57,367 bases of DNA, from assembly GCA_044375585.1 (NCBI GenBank), contig JBILMI010000001.1:1-57367 (forward strand), given 5' to 3'. Made by a program: the position numbers and the translations under genes. The notes under the pieces were generated by a model. It made no database searches and was not told the DNA's origin. It saw nothing but the letters and a program-made list of their open reading frames with translations. Below are positions 28,329 to 37,870 of this stretch, in pieces. The stretch's first letter is position 1; each line of letters starts with the position of its first letter. The stretch is from Luteolibacter sp. GTDB taxonomy: Bacteria; Verrucomicrobiota; Verrucomicrobiia; Verrucomicrobiales; Akkermansiaceae.

Positions 28329-28574
28329 TTCTTATTTCTAAAAGCCAGCGGTTGCCGATATTGGCTGCTGGCGGGGATCGATGAGAATGGAGTGAGCCTC
28401 TTGCAATCTCTCATCGAAGTAGACCGGAAAAAGCGCTAACAAGGAACTTGCAAGCCAGGAGGCGAAGCCTTCCGGCGGTTGTAGTAGTCGGATATTTCGG
28501 AATAGCAAAGTATTTCGTAAAGCTTTTCTATGCGAGTTAGCTAGTGAAGTTGAATTGCTAATTGTGAAGAGGTT

Positions 28575-28680
28575 TTGACTACGTAACACACTAAGAACAC
28601 CAAATGTTGATGAAGGAGCTATCGGTGGTGATTGCTTACACTATTTTCCCTTGTGTGTGATTTGTGTTTTTCTAGATTAA
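28575..28680. repeat. Degenerate palindromic element with 9-bp periodic arms (copy 2)
   Basis: TTGACTACGTAACACACTAAGAACACCAAA ... TTGTGTGTGATTTGTGTTTTTCTAGATTAA; left arm 20/30 identical to the reverse complement of the copy-1 right arm. Confidence 0.5.
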
Positions 28681-28735
28681 AATATCTATGTTTTATTTGG
28701 GTTTGAAATGGGTTGTGAGGCCAAGGGCTGAAAGT

Positions 28736-28768
28736 AAAAAAAACCGCAAGGTTTGAGCCTTGCGGTTT
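28736..28768 (-). terminator. Intrinsic terminator of the glycine-zipper lipoprotein gene
   Basis: A8-CCGCAAGG-TTTGAG-CCTTGCGGTTT. Confidence 0.85.
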
Positions 28769-28796
28769 GTATAGACGGTTATGAAACCGTAAAATT

Positions 28797-29039
28797 TTAG
28801 TATTGGTTTTGGTCTTGGGAGTTGCCGTAGACGGCACCGCCAGCGCCACCGAGGGCACCACCGAGGGCAGCGCCTTCAAGTGCGTTACCGCTCTGGTGAC
28901 CGATGATACCACCAGCCGCTGCACCAAGGAGCGCTCCACCAAGGGCACCGCGTTGAGTGTTAGGACCGGTAGGGGCGGTGCAGTTGCTGAGGGCGATGCT
29001 CGAAATAGCGGCGATTGATAAAAGAGTTAATTTTTTCAT
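28797..29039 (-). CDS. Glycine-zipper lipoprotein
   Basis: Lipobox-like LSNC; GALGGALLGAAAGGIIG...GAALGGALGGAGG. Confidence 0.85.
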   Translation of the reverse strand: MKKLTLLSIAAISSIALSNCTAPTGPNTQRGALGGALLGAAAGGIIGHQSGNALEGAALGGALGGAGGAVYGNSQDQNQY

Positions 29040-29207
29040 AATCTAGTTTTGTGTTATTAAATTCATAGATGGTTGGCTGAGAACTTCAAGGAATTTGAAT
29101 GATGAAATCGATTTCTTATAACTTTAACTTCAGCTGCATGTCCGACTTACAAGCGGCATGGTTTATTCAATTATTTTAAAGATTTCAAAAAAATCTTATG
29201 ATCTGAG

Positions 29208-30179
29208 TCAGACGGCTGCAACTGCAGGTGAGCATTCAGGTAGAACAGGTGCCAGAGGGTAGAGACCGAGTTTGGTTAGTAGGGCTTGGTCTTTTTTAAC
29301 GGATGGATTCTCAGCGGTGAGAAGTTTATCTCCGTAGAAAATCGAGTTAGCGCCTGCAAAGAAACAGAGCGCCTGCGCCTCATCGGAGAGGCGAGTTCTA
29401 CCCGCTGAGAGGCGCACTTTTGCTTTAGGCACAGCAATGCGGGTGAGAGCAATCATGCGGACAATATCAAACGTATCGACTTGCGGATTTTCGGCAAGTG
29501 GTGTGCCGGGCATAGGCATGAGGGAGTTGATTGGCACCGACTCAGGTTGCGGATCGAAATTTGAAATGATTTCAAGCATACGGAGTCGGTCAGTGATAGT
29601 TTCACCGAGACCAAGAATACCGCCGCAGCAAACTGACATGCCTGCGTCTTGGACGTTCTGGATCGTACGGAGTCGATCTTCATAGGTGTGCGAAGTGACG
29701 ATGTTCGGATAGTGCTCGGGTGAGGTATCGAGGTTGTGGTTATAGGCGGTGACCCCCGCTTGTTTGAGCTGCTTAGCTTCGTCTGGGCCGAGTTCACCCA
29801 GAGTGACACAAACTTCCATGCCGAGTTTAGAAACATCTTGGATAATATCTAGCACCTGCTCGAAACGTTGAGTGCCACCGCGAACTCCACGCCATGCAGC
29901 TCCCATGCAGAAGCGGGTAGAGCCAGTTTCAGCAGCAACTTTCGCGCGGTCTAAGATATCGCATTTCGACATGAGACGTTCACTTTCTACTCCGGATTTA
30001 TAGCGAGCTGACTGAGCGCAGTATGAGCAATCCTCAGAGCAACCACCGGTTTTGATGGAAAGAAGCGTACAGAGTTGGACTTCAGGCTTATCCCAGTTTG
30101 CTTGATGCACTTTTCTTGATTTTTGAATCAGTTCAAAAAATGGAAGGGAGTGGAGGTTTTGTAGTTCTTTGAGATTCAT
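29208..30179 (-). CDS. bioB: Biotin synthase
   Basis: CSEDCSYC radical SAM motif, FCMGAAWR, YNHNLDTS, VPIN, GANSIFYGDKLLT. Confidence 0.97.
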   Translation of the reverse strand: MNLKELQNLHSLPFFELIQKSRKVHQANWDKPEVQLCTLLSIKTGGCSEDCSYCAQSARYKSGVESERLMSKCDILDRAKVAAETGSTRFCMGAAWRGVRGGTQRFEQVLDIIQDVSKLGMEVCVTLGELGPDEAKQLKQAGVTAYNHNLDTSPEHYPNIVTSHTYEDRLRTIQNVQDAGMSVCCGGILGLGETITDRLRMLEIISNFDPQPESVPINSLMPMPGTPLAENPQVDTFDIVRMIALTRIAVPKAKVRLSAGRTRLSDEAQALCFFAGANSIFYGDKLLTAENPSVKKDQALLTKLGLYPLAPVLPECSPAVAAV

Positions 30180-30234
30180 AGTGAAAAATTACAGATTTTA
30201 ATGATCAGCTGTTAGAGAAGTGGGTGAATATGAG

Positions 30235-30906
30235 TTAACGAGTCCAGCCATCATAGCCTGTTGGCAAAAATCCTTGGCCTACCATCGTGTAGAGAGTTTT
30301 GCCTTTTGCTCCGATGAGTGGAACCCCTAAATTCTTTTTCCAAAACGTAGACATGGAGGCGCCGGTGTGACAGCCCCATGATTTACAAATGGCATTTTTA
30401 GCGAAGATCGATGATTTGATTTTTTGAAGTTCGTTTTCATGAAGCCATGCGATGGAAACGGCCATGATGCTGTTTCCGTAATCGAACATGAATGAAAATT
30501 TATTAGAATGACCGAAGTAGTCAAAAGTTTCAATGGACTTGTGAGGGCGAGAATTGATTTTTGATATAAAATCAGAGGAAGAGTTGAACCAGATGAGGGT
30601 TGCATTGCGCTTTGCTGCCTGCTCGGCGATCCATGTGGTATAGGGTTTTTGATCTTCGCGCCCTCTTGTTTCATAGCCAGGTTTGTAAACTAGCCATACA
30701 AGTGAAGCATCTTTTCCATAAGCTTGGCGGATTTCTGCCATGCGGAGTGTAGAGGCGCGCACGAAGTTCGCCCACCAGCGGTCATGGCGATCATCTGCTG
30801 TGCGATAATCCTCCCAAGCGCGAAGGGCAGGTCCGCCACAAACGATGACATGCTCCGCTTTGGTAAACTGTGAGAGAAGCAGAATAGATAGGAATAAAGC
30901 TTTCAT
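30235..30906 (-). CDS. Hypothetical exported protein
   Basis: Signal peptide MKALFLSILLLSQFTKA; FDYFGHS and SWGCHTG could be a His/Cys dyad; alternative start 30918. Confidence 0.7.
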   Translation of the reverse strand: MKALFLSILLLSQFTKAEHVIVCGGPALRAWEDYRTADDRHDRWWANFVRASTLRMAEIRQAYGKDASLVWLVYKPGYETRGREDQKPYTTWIAEQAAKRNATLIWFNSSSDFISKINSRPHKSIETFDYFGHSNKFSFMFDYGNSIMAVSIAWLHENELQKIKSSIFAKNAICKSWGCHTGASMSTFWKKNLGVPLIGAKGKTLYTMVGQGFLPTGYDGWTR

Positions 30907-30987
30907 CACGTGGGGCATGCTGGGGTTGTAAACCTAGGGGTGACTTTGGGTCAATTGGTATCGCAAAAGCGGCGAGGCGAAATAGGT

Positions 30988-31329
30988 TTAACGATCGCGT
31001 TCGAAACGCAGCACTTTTTCGCCTTCGCGATAGTAATTGAGTCGATCCCGAGCTTGGACTTCGAGGTATGATTGATCTTCACGCAGAGCGTAGAGCTCAA
31101 TTTCTCGATATGCTTTAATGTCCAAAGCTTTCTGTTCGCGTTCTTGGGTGCTAAGAAGTTTTGCCTGAAGTTTATCATTTTCGCGCTTGGAAGGATAGGC
31201 AGAGACAACGATGAGCAGTCCAAAGGATATGGCCGTGAAAAGGTAGAGAAGTCGATTTGTGCCCTTGATAAAGCGGACTCTCGACTCCAATCGTGCTAGT
31301 TTTTGTGGTGTGAACTTGGGTTTAGCCAT
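30988..31329 (-). CDS. Septum formation initiator (FtsB/DivIC family)
   Basis: Single TM helix, coiled coil, L..DQSYLEVQARDRLNYYREGE.V motif. Confidence 0.75.
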   Translation of the reverse strand: MAKPKFTPQKLARLESRVRFIKGTNRLLYLFTAISFGLLIVVSAYPSKRENDKLQAKLLSTQEREQKALDIKAYREIELYALREDQSYLEVQARDRLNYYREGEKVLRFERDR

Positions 31330-31469
31330 TTCCGAAGTGCTTATGTTTGAACGGATTTTTAGTTTATTGTCAAGCAAGGTTAAGTTTCTAAACCCCAGCT
31401 TAGGGATTGCATGGCTGAAAACTTGCGCCTAGCTTCGGCGCCCCGGAGCAGCCGGTAGAACTAGAAACA

Positions 31470-32468
31470 ATGAAATTACCTCATGTGGCGATTGTCGGGG
31501 CGACGGGTGCCGTCGGCGTGGAAATGCTTCTCTGCTTAGAGCAGAGGAACTTCGAATTGAGCGAGCTAACGCTTCTTGCATCGGCGCGGTCGGCTGGAAA
31601 GAAGGTGATTTTTCGCGGTGAGGAAATCGCTGTAAAAGAGCTGACGCATCATTCGTTTCAAGGTATTGACATCGCTTTATTTAGCGCGGGTGGAGATATT
31701 TCTAAAGAATTTGCACCATCGGCCGTAGCTGCGGGCGCGGTGGTAATCGATAATTCATCGGTGTTTCGTATGGATGAGAGCGTTCCATTAGTAGTCCCTG
31801 AAATCAATCCAGAGGCTGCCAAAAACCGTCCGAAAGGCATTATCGCGAACCCAAACTGCACGACGATTATTTCGCTGATGGCGCTTGCACCTTTGCATGA
31901 GCAGTATGGACTAGAGAGTGTGATTGCATCAAGTTACCAAGCTGTATCCGGATCCGGAGCGCAGGGTATTATTGAACTCGAAGAGCAGGTAAAAGCTATT
32001 GCGAACGGTCAAGCATTCACACCGAAAGTTTATCCGCGTCAGATTGCCTTCAACGTGATTCCACAGGTCGATGTCTTTACAGAAAATGGTTATACAAAAG
32101 AGGAAATGAAAATGGCCTACGAGGGTCGTAAAATTCTTGGTCATCCAGATTTAAAAGTTTCATGCACCTGTGTGCGTGTGCCTGTTTACCGCTCACATTC
32201 AGTTTCGATCACGGCGAAGTTCACCAAAGAGCCAAGCGTGGAAGCAGCAAAAAAGGCTTACATCGGAAAACCTGGTATCCAAGTGAAGGATGATCCTTCG
32301 CAAAAACTTTTCCCTGTTCCTTTAGATACAACCGGTAAGGATGATTGCCTAGTGGGTCGTATCCGCAAAAATTTAGTTTTAGAAAATGCATTGGACTTGT
32401 GGGTTGTTGGTGATCAGGTGCGAAAAGGAGCAGCGCTGAATGCGGTGCAGATTGCGGAAATTCTCTGA
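31470..32468 (+). CDS. asd: Aspartate-semialdehyde dehydrogenase
   Basis: GATGAVG, DNSS, ANPNCTT, YQAVSGSG, CVRVPV, RKGAALNAVQIAE. Confidence 0.97.
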   Translation: MKLPHVAIVGATGAVGVEMLLCLEQRNFELSELTLLASARSAGKKVIFRGEEIAVKELTHHSFQGIDIALFSAGGDISKEFAPSAVAAGAVVIDNSSVFRMDESVPLVVPEINPEAAKNRPKGIIANPNCTTIISLMALAPLHEQYGLESVIASSYQAVSGSGAQGIIELEEQVKAIANGQAFTPKVYPRQIAFNVIPQVDVFTENGYTKEEMKMAYEGRKILGHPDLKVSCTCVRVPVYRSHSVSITAKFTKEPSVEAAKKAYIGKPGIQVKDDPSQKLFPVPLDTTGKDDCLVGRIRKNLVLENALDLWVVGDQVRKGAALNAVQIAEIL

Positions 32469-32479
32469 ATATTTTTTTC

Positions 32480-33367
32480 ATGAACGGCGATCTCAAAGAT
32501 TACTTGAAAACCTTGGTGTCGCATGTGGATACGGCATTGGATGAGTTTTTACCGATTCCAGGTGAAACTCCCGGCGCAATCCATGAGGCGATGCGTTATA
32601 CTATTTTTGCTGGCGGCAAGCGCCTTCGTCCAGTGCTTTGCATCGCGGCGGCTGAGGCTTGTGGTGGCGAAGAAAATTCAGCTCTCAAAGCTGCTTGCGC
32701 AGTGGAGTTAATGCATACTTATTCGTTAGTTCATGATGATTTGCCATGCATGGACGATGATGATTTACGTCGTGGTCGGCCGACCTGTCACAAGGTTTAC
32801 GGCGAGGGGATGGCAGTGCTTTGTGGGGACGCTTTGTTAACTGAATCTTTTGCACTATTAGCCACATCAGAACCAAGTGAGCGTTACACGGTTGGTGAAA
32901 TGGTTTTTGAGCTAGCCTCAGCGGGGGGGAGTCGAAAATTGATTGGTGGTCAGGTATTAGATCTCGAAGGTGAGGGCCAGCAAATCGATAAAGATCAACT
33001 CCTCGCGATCCATGAGGCAAAGACTGCCGCTTTGTTAGTGACTTCACTTCGATTGGGAGGAATGACCGCAAATGCCAGCCCTGAGCAATTGAAGGCGCTT
33101 AGTGATTTCGGCTACTCTCTTGGGCTGGCGTTTCAGGTAATAGACGATATTTTGGATGTCACTCAAACCACCAAAAGCCTAGGCAAAACTGCAGGGAAAG
33201 ATGTGGCTGCGAATAAGTCGACCTATCCATCTGTATGGGGCTTAGAGGAATCTCGGAAAGAAGCGGAACGTTTGACTGGGGTTGCACTGGATGCACTGAA
33301 AATCTTTGAGGATCGTGGCGGGAGGCTGCGTGAAATCGCTGAATGGATGTTAGTGCGTGAGTATTGA
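32480..33367 (+). CDS. ispA: Farnesyl/geranylgeranyl diphosphate synthase
   Basis: GGKRLRP, HDDLPCMDDDDLRRG, KT, FQVIDDILD, GKTAGKD. Confidence 0.92.
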   Translation: MNGDLKDYLKTLVSHVDTALDEFLPIPGETPGAIHEAMRYTIFAGGKRLRPVLCIAAAEACGGEENSALKAACAVELMHTYSLVHDDLPCMDDDDLRRGRPTCHKVYGEGMAVLCGDALLTESFALLATSEPSERYTVGEMVFELASAGGSRKLIGGQVLDLEGEGQQIDKDQLLAIHEAKTAALLVTSLRLGGMTANASPEQLKALSDFGYSLGLAFQVIDDILDVTQTTKSLGKTAGKDVAANKSTYPSVWGLEESRKEAERLTGVALDALKIFEDRGGRLREIAEWMLVREY

Positions 33368-33397
33368 TGTCACGCAAAGCATCTGAATCTTTTTAAG

Positions 33398-35080
33398 ATG
33401 AAGAACGAGGTTGATTCTAGAGCGAGGATGGGGCTAGGTCTGCATATCAAAAAGCGATCTTTCAGTTTCATGTTAGCCAAGCGGTATCTCAATCCGCGCC
33501 GTGCCGTCTTGTCATCGTTCACTCTGATTTCTCTCATTGGCGTGATGCTAGGGGTTTTGGTATTGGTAGTGGTGATGGCAGTCTACGCAGGTTTGGAGCG
33601 AGATGTGAAAGGCCGCTTATTGGGATTTACGCCACACATTTTGATCAGATCGCAATTGCCATCACCCACGAATTCTAATGATGAGGGTTCTGAGGTCGCA
33701 GGGTGGCAGATGCTCGCGAAAAAGGCAGCCGAAGTAAAAGGTGTTTCTGCTGCTACAGCGTTTGTGGCTGATAATGTGATTTTGGATGTTGGTTCGTGGC
33801 AGAAGCCAGTGGCTTTCCGTGGAATTGATACTAGTGATGCGACACAGATCGAAGGCATTAAAAAAATGTTAGATATTGAGGGATATCCTGATTCAAGTGC
33901 GGATATGGGAATGGATGATCGTGCGGTTGTTTCCTCAATCATTGCGGAACAATTTCAACTCCAAGTGGGAGATACCATGCGTTTGTATTCAACGCGAAAT
34001 TTCGAGAGTGTGATGCAGGCTTATCGAGTGACCGAACAACCGGTGGTTAGAGAGGCATACGCCGACGAGTGGGCTGTTGTTACGAACGTTTTAAAGCAGG
34101 ATTTAAAACAGGTGGGAGAAGGTTTTGAGGTCTCGGAAGAGAAATTGGGTGAGGCTTATGATCTACTGAAAGAAACTTATACGAAGCCGATCCGTGAACC
34201 AGAGAAAGAATTGGTATACAAGATGTTACAGGCAATGGAGGCTGGAGATTTCAAAGAGAACAAAAACATTTTTTGGTTCTCATCTGAGAATAAAACGAAA
34301 CTCATTGGAGCTTACGATGCATTGTCTAAAACCGATGCAGCAGAGATGGATGGCGAGATCTTGAGGAGTATCAAGAGTTTAGTGCTTCCAAAAGAAGTTC
34401 AGGTTGTAGGAATTTACGCAGCATCGCAGATGGCCGTGACACCGGATTTGTTTGTGCCTTTACCGTTAGCTCAGGATTTAGCTGGGTTGAACGGCGAGGT
34501 ACAGGGGATCGCATTACGCTTAGATGATCCGTATCAAGCGGAAGAAGTAGCGGTGAAGGCCCGGCAGCATCTAGGTGCTGGTGAGTATGTTCAAACATGG
34601 GGTGATCAATATCAGGCATTCTTCAATCTGATTAATCAACAGCGTGTAATGATGTATTTTGCTCTTTCGTTCATCGTTTTGATTTCAGCATTCTCGATGA
34701 TGGCGGTCATGTTCACGGTGACGATTCAGAAACGTCGCGAGATCGGTGTTATGAAAGCGCTGGGTGCTGCGCCGGGTCAAATCGTGCGAGTATTTTTATA
34801 TCAGGGAATGCTACTGGGGGTTTTCGGCGCGATTCTCGGAGTTGGACTCGGTCGTGTGGTGATTCATTTTCGCGGTAGCGTGCAGGAGGGAATGCGGGCT
34901 TTAGGTTTCGATCCTTTCTCGGCTTCCCTAACAGGTTTTGGTGTCCTGCCTGCTCACAACAATCCTATTGAGCAATTAGTGATTGGTTTTATGGCATTCG
35001 TGCTTTGTTCGCTCGCCGCATTAGTTCCGGCATTTTTCGCAGCACAAAGCGATGCTGCTAAGTCCTTGAGGAATATTTAA
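33398..35080 (+). CDS. LolC/E-like (FtsX family) ABC transporter permease
   Basis: AKRYL...ISLIGVMLGV N-terminal TM; K.REIGVMKALGA; three C-terminal TMs; true start uncertain (33398-33470). Confidence 0.8.
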   Translation: MKNEVDSRARMGLGLHIKKRSFSFMLAKRYLNPRRAVLSSFTLISLIGVMLGVLVLVVVMAVYAGLERDVKGRLLGFTPHILIRSQLPSPTNSNDEGSEVAGWQMLAKKAAEVKGVSAATAFVADNVILDVGSWQKPVAFRGIDTSDATQIEGIKKMLDIEGYPDSSADMGMDDRAVVSSIIAEQFQLQVGDTMRLYSTRNFESVMQAYRVTEQPVVREAYADEWAVVTNVLKQDLKQVGEGFEVSEEKLGEAYDLLKETYTKPIREPEKELVYKMLQAMEAGDFKENKNIFWFSSENKTKLIGAYDALSKTDAAEMDGEILRSIKSLVLPKEVQVVGIYAASQMAVTPDLFVPLPLAQDLAGLNGEVQGIALRLDDPYQAEEVAVKARQHLGAGEYVQTWGDQYQAFFNLINQQRVMMYFALSFIVLISAFSMMAVMFTVTIQKRREIGVMKALGAAPGQIVRVFLYQGMLLGVFGAILGVGLGRVVIHFRGSVQEGMRALGFDPFSASLTGFGVLPAHNNPIEQLVIGFMAFVLCSLAALVPAFFAAQSDAAKSLRNI

Positions 35081-35082
35081 TT

Positions 35083-35922
35083 ATGGAAATTTGGCTTATT
35101 CAACACGGCAAGAAAACCGGACCGTTTCAAGATTATGAAATCCGTAACCGCATAAACGACGGGCAGATTGAACCTGATCAATTTGCTTGGCACGAGGGTT
35201 TACCGAGTTGGGTGAAATTGCGGGAAATTGAATTATTTCGCGATGATTTGGAACGAGTCGAGCAGGATGATAAAGATAGTCCAAAACTTCATAGTTCGGT
35301 GGATGAGGTTACAATGCCGGTTGTTGTTTCAATATCTGAAAAGCGCCACTTGGGCCGGAGGTTTTGGGCTAGATGGCTGGATTTGATGGTTTATACTGCG
35401 GTTTGGTGGTTGCTGATGTATGGCGCAGGAAGAGATATCGGTGCAATCATTCTTAATCCTTGGATGCAGCTTTCGATCTATCTTCCATGGTTTGCGATCG
35501 AGGCATGGTTGCTGCATAAGTTTGGAACGACTCTGGGTAAGTGGCTACTAGGGATACGCGTGGTCAATGACGACGCTACGCCATTGACGCTTAGGTCATC
35601 CATTTGGCGATCGATTCGAGTATTGATTGCCGGAGTAGGGTTTGGTTGGGGTTTGCTATCGGTATTATGCCAAGCAATGAGTTGGTTCACAACTCGGAGA
35701 ATTGGAAAGCCAGTATGGGATTACATGGGAAAGCACAAAATCACGGTCGTCCCTTTGAGACCATTCAAAATCATCACACTTATCGTGCTTTTTTTTACGG
35801 CAATGCAGTTACAAACCGCAGTTAGGTTTCCGTATGAGAAAGAGATTATGTTGAAGCAATATCCGACACTAAAAGAATTCTTTGAAAAAGGAGACCCGTG
35901 GCATTTCCCAGTGAAGAACTAA
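35083..35922 (+). CDS. GYF_2 (DUF4339) plus RDD family membrane protein
   Basis: W....G..TGPF...W.EGL..W N-terminal domain; RRFWARWLD...GTTLGKWLLGIRV RDD domain. Confidence 0.85.
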   Translation: MEIWLIQHGKKTGPFQDYEIRNRINDGQIEPDQFAWHEGLPSWVKLREIELFRDDLERVEQDDKDSPKLHSSVDEVTMPVVVSISEKRHLGRRFWARWLDLMVYTAVWWLLMYGAGRDIGAIILNPWMQLSIYLPWFAIEAWLLHKFGTTLGKWLLGIRVVNDDATPLTLRSSIWRSIRVLIAGVGFGWGLLSVLCQAMSWFTTRRIGKPVWDYMGKHKITVVPLRPFKIITLIVLFFTAMQLQTAVRFPYEKEIMLKQYPTLKEFFEKGDPWHFPVKN

Positions 35923-35926
35923 TTTT

Positions 35927-36469
35927 TTAGAAATTCCGAATATCATCTTTATCTTTATCATCGCTGCCATTGCCGGCGGTTTCAAGGTCTTTGCCTGAAG
36001 ACCAGAGATCGTAGTCAGGGTTCATGGCGCCTGATCCACGTCGATAGCGAAATTCAGCCTTCCACGGGTCGATGATTTTTGAGCTAGCGCCAGAACCTTG
36101 GATCCATTTTTGAATGTCGTTTTCCGGATCAAGTTCAGAAAGGTAAATGGTGGCAGAATTGTCTCCTGCTTCCAAAGCTGTTAAGCCATCATAGTAAAGT
36201 GCTTCGAAAAGCATATTTGTTTGATCAAGGCCATTTGAACCTCCCGCGTTTACATCACCTGGGTAATCGCTGTTATCGAGTTTATATTCTTCGATGCCAC
36301 GGGAAAGTAGGTTAATTTGGATTTCAGCTTTGCTGTTGTCTCGCTTCGCGTTGACAAATTGCAGTCCGCCGACGGTCAGGCCGGCAAGAACAATAATAAT
36401 CGTGATCACAACCATTACCTCAACAAGAGTAAAGCCCAACGGTTGTTGAATCTGAGAGGTTTGTTTCAT
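35927..36469 (-). CDS. Type II secretion / type IV pilus pseudopilin (GspG-like)
   Basis: G|FTLVE prepilin cleavage site; Y..DN..YP; DPW...Y; YDLWSSGKD. Confidence 0.88.
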   Translation of the reverse strand: MKQTSQIQQPLGFTLVEVMVVITIIIVLAGLTVGGLQFVNAKRDNSKAEIQINLLSRGIEEYKLDNSDYPGDVNAGGSNGLDQTNMLFEALYYDGLTALEAGDNSATIYLSELDPENDIQKWIQGSGASSKIIDPWKAEFRYRRGSGAMNPDYDLWSSGKDLETAGNGSDDKDKDDIRNF

Positions 36470-36481
36470 CGATATCAGTGG

Positions 36482-37780
36482 TTATTGTGCATCACTCATC
36501 ACGGAGATCATTTTGATGAGCGGCAGGAAAAGAGCAAAGACGACGGCTCCGACGATCAAGGCTAGGAACACAATCATGATCGGTTCTAGAATGGAAGTAA
36601 GAGCTGTAACCGCGTTATCTACCTCGTCATCATAGACATCGGCGACTTTGAGGAGCATTTCAGGAAGTTGTCCGGTTTCCTCACCTACATCGACCATGGA
36701 GATGAGCATGTTGGGAAATACACCACTGGCAGTGAGTGGGGTCACGATCGTTTCGCCTTCCTTCACGGCCTCGTGGACTTTTGAAATGGCATTTGAGATA
36801 ACGACGTTGCCGGCTGTATCACGGGTGATATTGAGTGCTTGAAGGATGGGAACACCAGAGGTGACGAGCGTGCCGAGCGTTCTTGCGAAGCGGGATACGG
36901 CAGATTTTCTTTGGATGTCTCCAAAGATAGGTAAGTGAAGTTTAAGTTTATCAATGATTTCGCGACCGTTCTTCGTTTTTCCCATTGCGCCTAAGATCAG
37001 GTAGACAACGAAGCCTGCGATAAACATCCAGACGACGTTGGGGATGATGGAAATGGGACTTGCTAGGCAGAACTCAGAGAATCCAAAAACAACTTGGGAT
37101 ATCAGAGGGAGTTCAGCATCGTTATCGTTGAACATCTCCTTGAATTTAGGAACGATGACGACCATGAGGAAGACTAAGATGGCTACAGCGATGAACATCA
37201 CGATCGCCGGATAGACCATGGCTGAAACAATCTTATTTTTCAGCTTGTCTGCCTTCTCTTGGTATTCTGCGAGACGGTTGAGGACAACTTCAAGAACACC
37301 TCCTAGCTCACCCGCTTTAACCATGTTCACAAAGAGTTTGTTGAATATTTTCGGGTGCTGTGCCAGAGATTCGGAAAAAGTAGAACCTCCTTGGACAGAA
37401 TCTGCGAGGACGGAGATGGTCGATTTAAGAGCCGGATTAGGCTCTTGTTTTCCGAGGACGGTCAGCGAGCGCAGTAGCGGTAGGCCAGCATCAATCAGGG
37501 TCGCAAGCTGTCTTGTAAAAACCATCAGAACTTTCGGCTTAACGGTGCCCTTAGTTTTGCCGATAGTTATATTCATTGAGCCAGCTTTGCTCTTAGCCTT
37601 AGATTTCTTCGGTGCTTTTGATCCAGTAGCCGATTTGGCAGTTCCTTCCTCATAAACTTGAGTTGGGAATAAATGCTGTGCCCTCAGCATTTGAATGGCT
37701 TCTGCCTCAGATGAGGCGGAAAGCACGCCATCGGTTTGCTCACCTTTTGCATCGAGTGCTGAATAAATGTAATTAGGCAT
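36482..37780 (-). CDS. Type II secretion / T4P platform protein (GspF/PilC)
   Basis: FTRQLATLIDAGLPL, AGELGG.L, AMVYP, GEETGQL, LEP. Confidence 0.92.
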   Translation of the reverse strand: MPNYIYSALDAKGEQTDGVLSASSEAEAIQMLRAQHLFPTQVYEEGTAKSATGSKAPKKSKAKSKAGSMNITIGKTKGTVKPKVLMVFTRQLATLIDAGLPLLRSLTVLGKQEPNPALKSTISVLADSVQGGSTFSESLAQHPKIFNKLFVNMVKAGELGGVLEVVLNRLAEYQEKADKLKNKIVSAMVYPAIVMFIAVAILVFLMVVIVPKFKEMFNDNDAELPLISQVVFGFSEFCLASPISIIPNVVWMFIAGFVVYLILGAMGKTKNGREIIDKLKLHLPIFGDIQRKSAVSRFARTLGTLVTSGVPILQALNITRDTAGNVVISNAISKVHEAVKEGETIVTPLTASGVFPNMLISMVDVGEETGQLPEMLLKVADVYDDEVDNAVTALTSILEPIMIVFLALIVGAVVFALFLPLIKMISVMSDAQ

Positions 37781-37870
37781 AGAATAGTTTAGTTATTTAA
37801 AAAAGTAATTTAAAGGATAGATAAACAATTTTTTCGTGATCAGAAGAAGAAAGTTAATGTAAATCTGGGT

